Sequence record: MH550421
Length of the DNA: 64,000 bases
DNA from: Enterobacteria phage T6
Reading direction: 5' to 3' (one strand)
Positions 63,543 through 64,000 of the stretch are shown here, one piece after another. Under the pieces are notes generated by a model. That model was not told the DNA's origin. It ran no database searches and saw only the letters and a program-made list of their open reading frames with translations. The translations under genes were made by a program, and so were the position numbers. Numbering within the stretch: the first letter of the stretch is position 1; every line of letters starts with the position of its first letter.

Positions 63543-64000
63543 ATGGCAGCACCTAGAATATCATTTTCGCCCTCTGATATTCTGTTGGGTGTTCTAGATC
63601 GCTTGTTCAAAGATAATGCTACCGGGAAAGTTCTTGCTTCCCGGGTAGCTGTCGTAATTCTTTTGTTTATAATGGCGATTGTATGGTATAGGGGAGATAG
63701 TTTCTTTGAGTACTATAAGCAATCAAAGTATGAAACATACAGTGAAATTATTGAAAAGGAAAGAAATGCACGCTTTGAATCTGTCGCCCTGGAACAACTC
63801 CAGATAGTTCATATATCATCTGAGGCAGACTTTAGTGCGGTGTATTCTTTCCGCCCTAAAAACTTAAACTATTTTGTTGATATTATAGCATATGAAGGAA
63901 GATTACCTTCAACAATAACTGAAAAATCACTTGGAGGATATCCTGTTGATAAAACTATGGATGAATACACAGTTCATTTAAATGGACGTCATTATTATTC
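63543..64000 (+). CDS. t: Holin T, N-terminal fragment (3' end beyond window)
   Basis: MAAPRISFSPSDILLGVLDRLFKDNATGKVLASRVAVVILLFIMAIVWYRGDSFFEYYKQSKYETY... matches T4 holin; AAGGAGG Shine-Dalgarno; ORF runs off window end. Confidence 0.9.
   Translation, partial: MAAPRISFSPSDILLGVLDRLFKDNATGKVLASRVAVVILLFIMAIVWYRGDSFFEYYKQSKYETYSEIIEKERNARFESVALEQLQIVHISSEADFSAVYSFRPKNLNYFVDIIAYEGRLPSTITEKSLGGYPVDKTMDEYTVHLNGRHYY

Overview
This window is a contiguous ~64 kb segment of a T-even (T4-like, Tequatrovirus-type) lytic phage genome, running from the 3' end of tail sheath gene 18 to the 5' end of holin gene t. Gene content and order match the T4 map: 18-19-20-67-68-21-22-23-segD-24-rnlB-hoc-inh-segE-uvsW-uvsY-25-26-51-27-28-29-48-54-alt-30-(30.x)-rIII-31-cd-pseT-spanins-alc-rnlA-denA-nrdB-mobE-nrdA-td-frd-32-59-33-dsbA-rnh-34-35-36-37-38-t. 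Several markers argue it is not T4 itself but a T2/T6-like relative: a T2-type glycine-rich gp38 adhesin, a gp37 with a C-terminal self-cleaving chaperone domain, an intronless nrdB, no homing endonuclease gene between 32 and 59, and extra HNH genes. The td gene carries a 1016-nt group I intron encoding I-TevI. The most notable observations are single-base homopolymer frameshifts that split hoc and uvsW, two tandem Alt-family ADP-ribosyltransferase paralogs, a NADAR/YbiA-like protein next to a HAD-like protein, and recurring promoter-in-hairpin modules. No CRISPR array, tRNA, rRNA or integrase was seen. All identifications rest on reading the translations and recalling T4 proteins and regulatory consensus sequences; no database search was run. 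Motif coordinates were indexed by hand and may be off by 1-2 nt (one local mismatch between my reading and the ORF track near 37080 was noted). The ORF track uses TTG/GTG as starts, so several starts were moved to the nearest ATG with a Shine-Dalgarno sequence.
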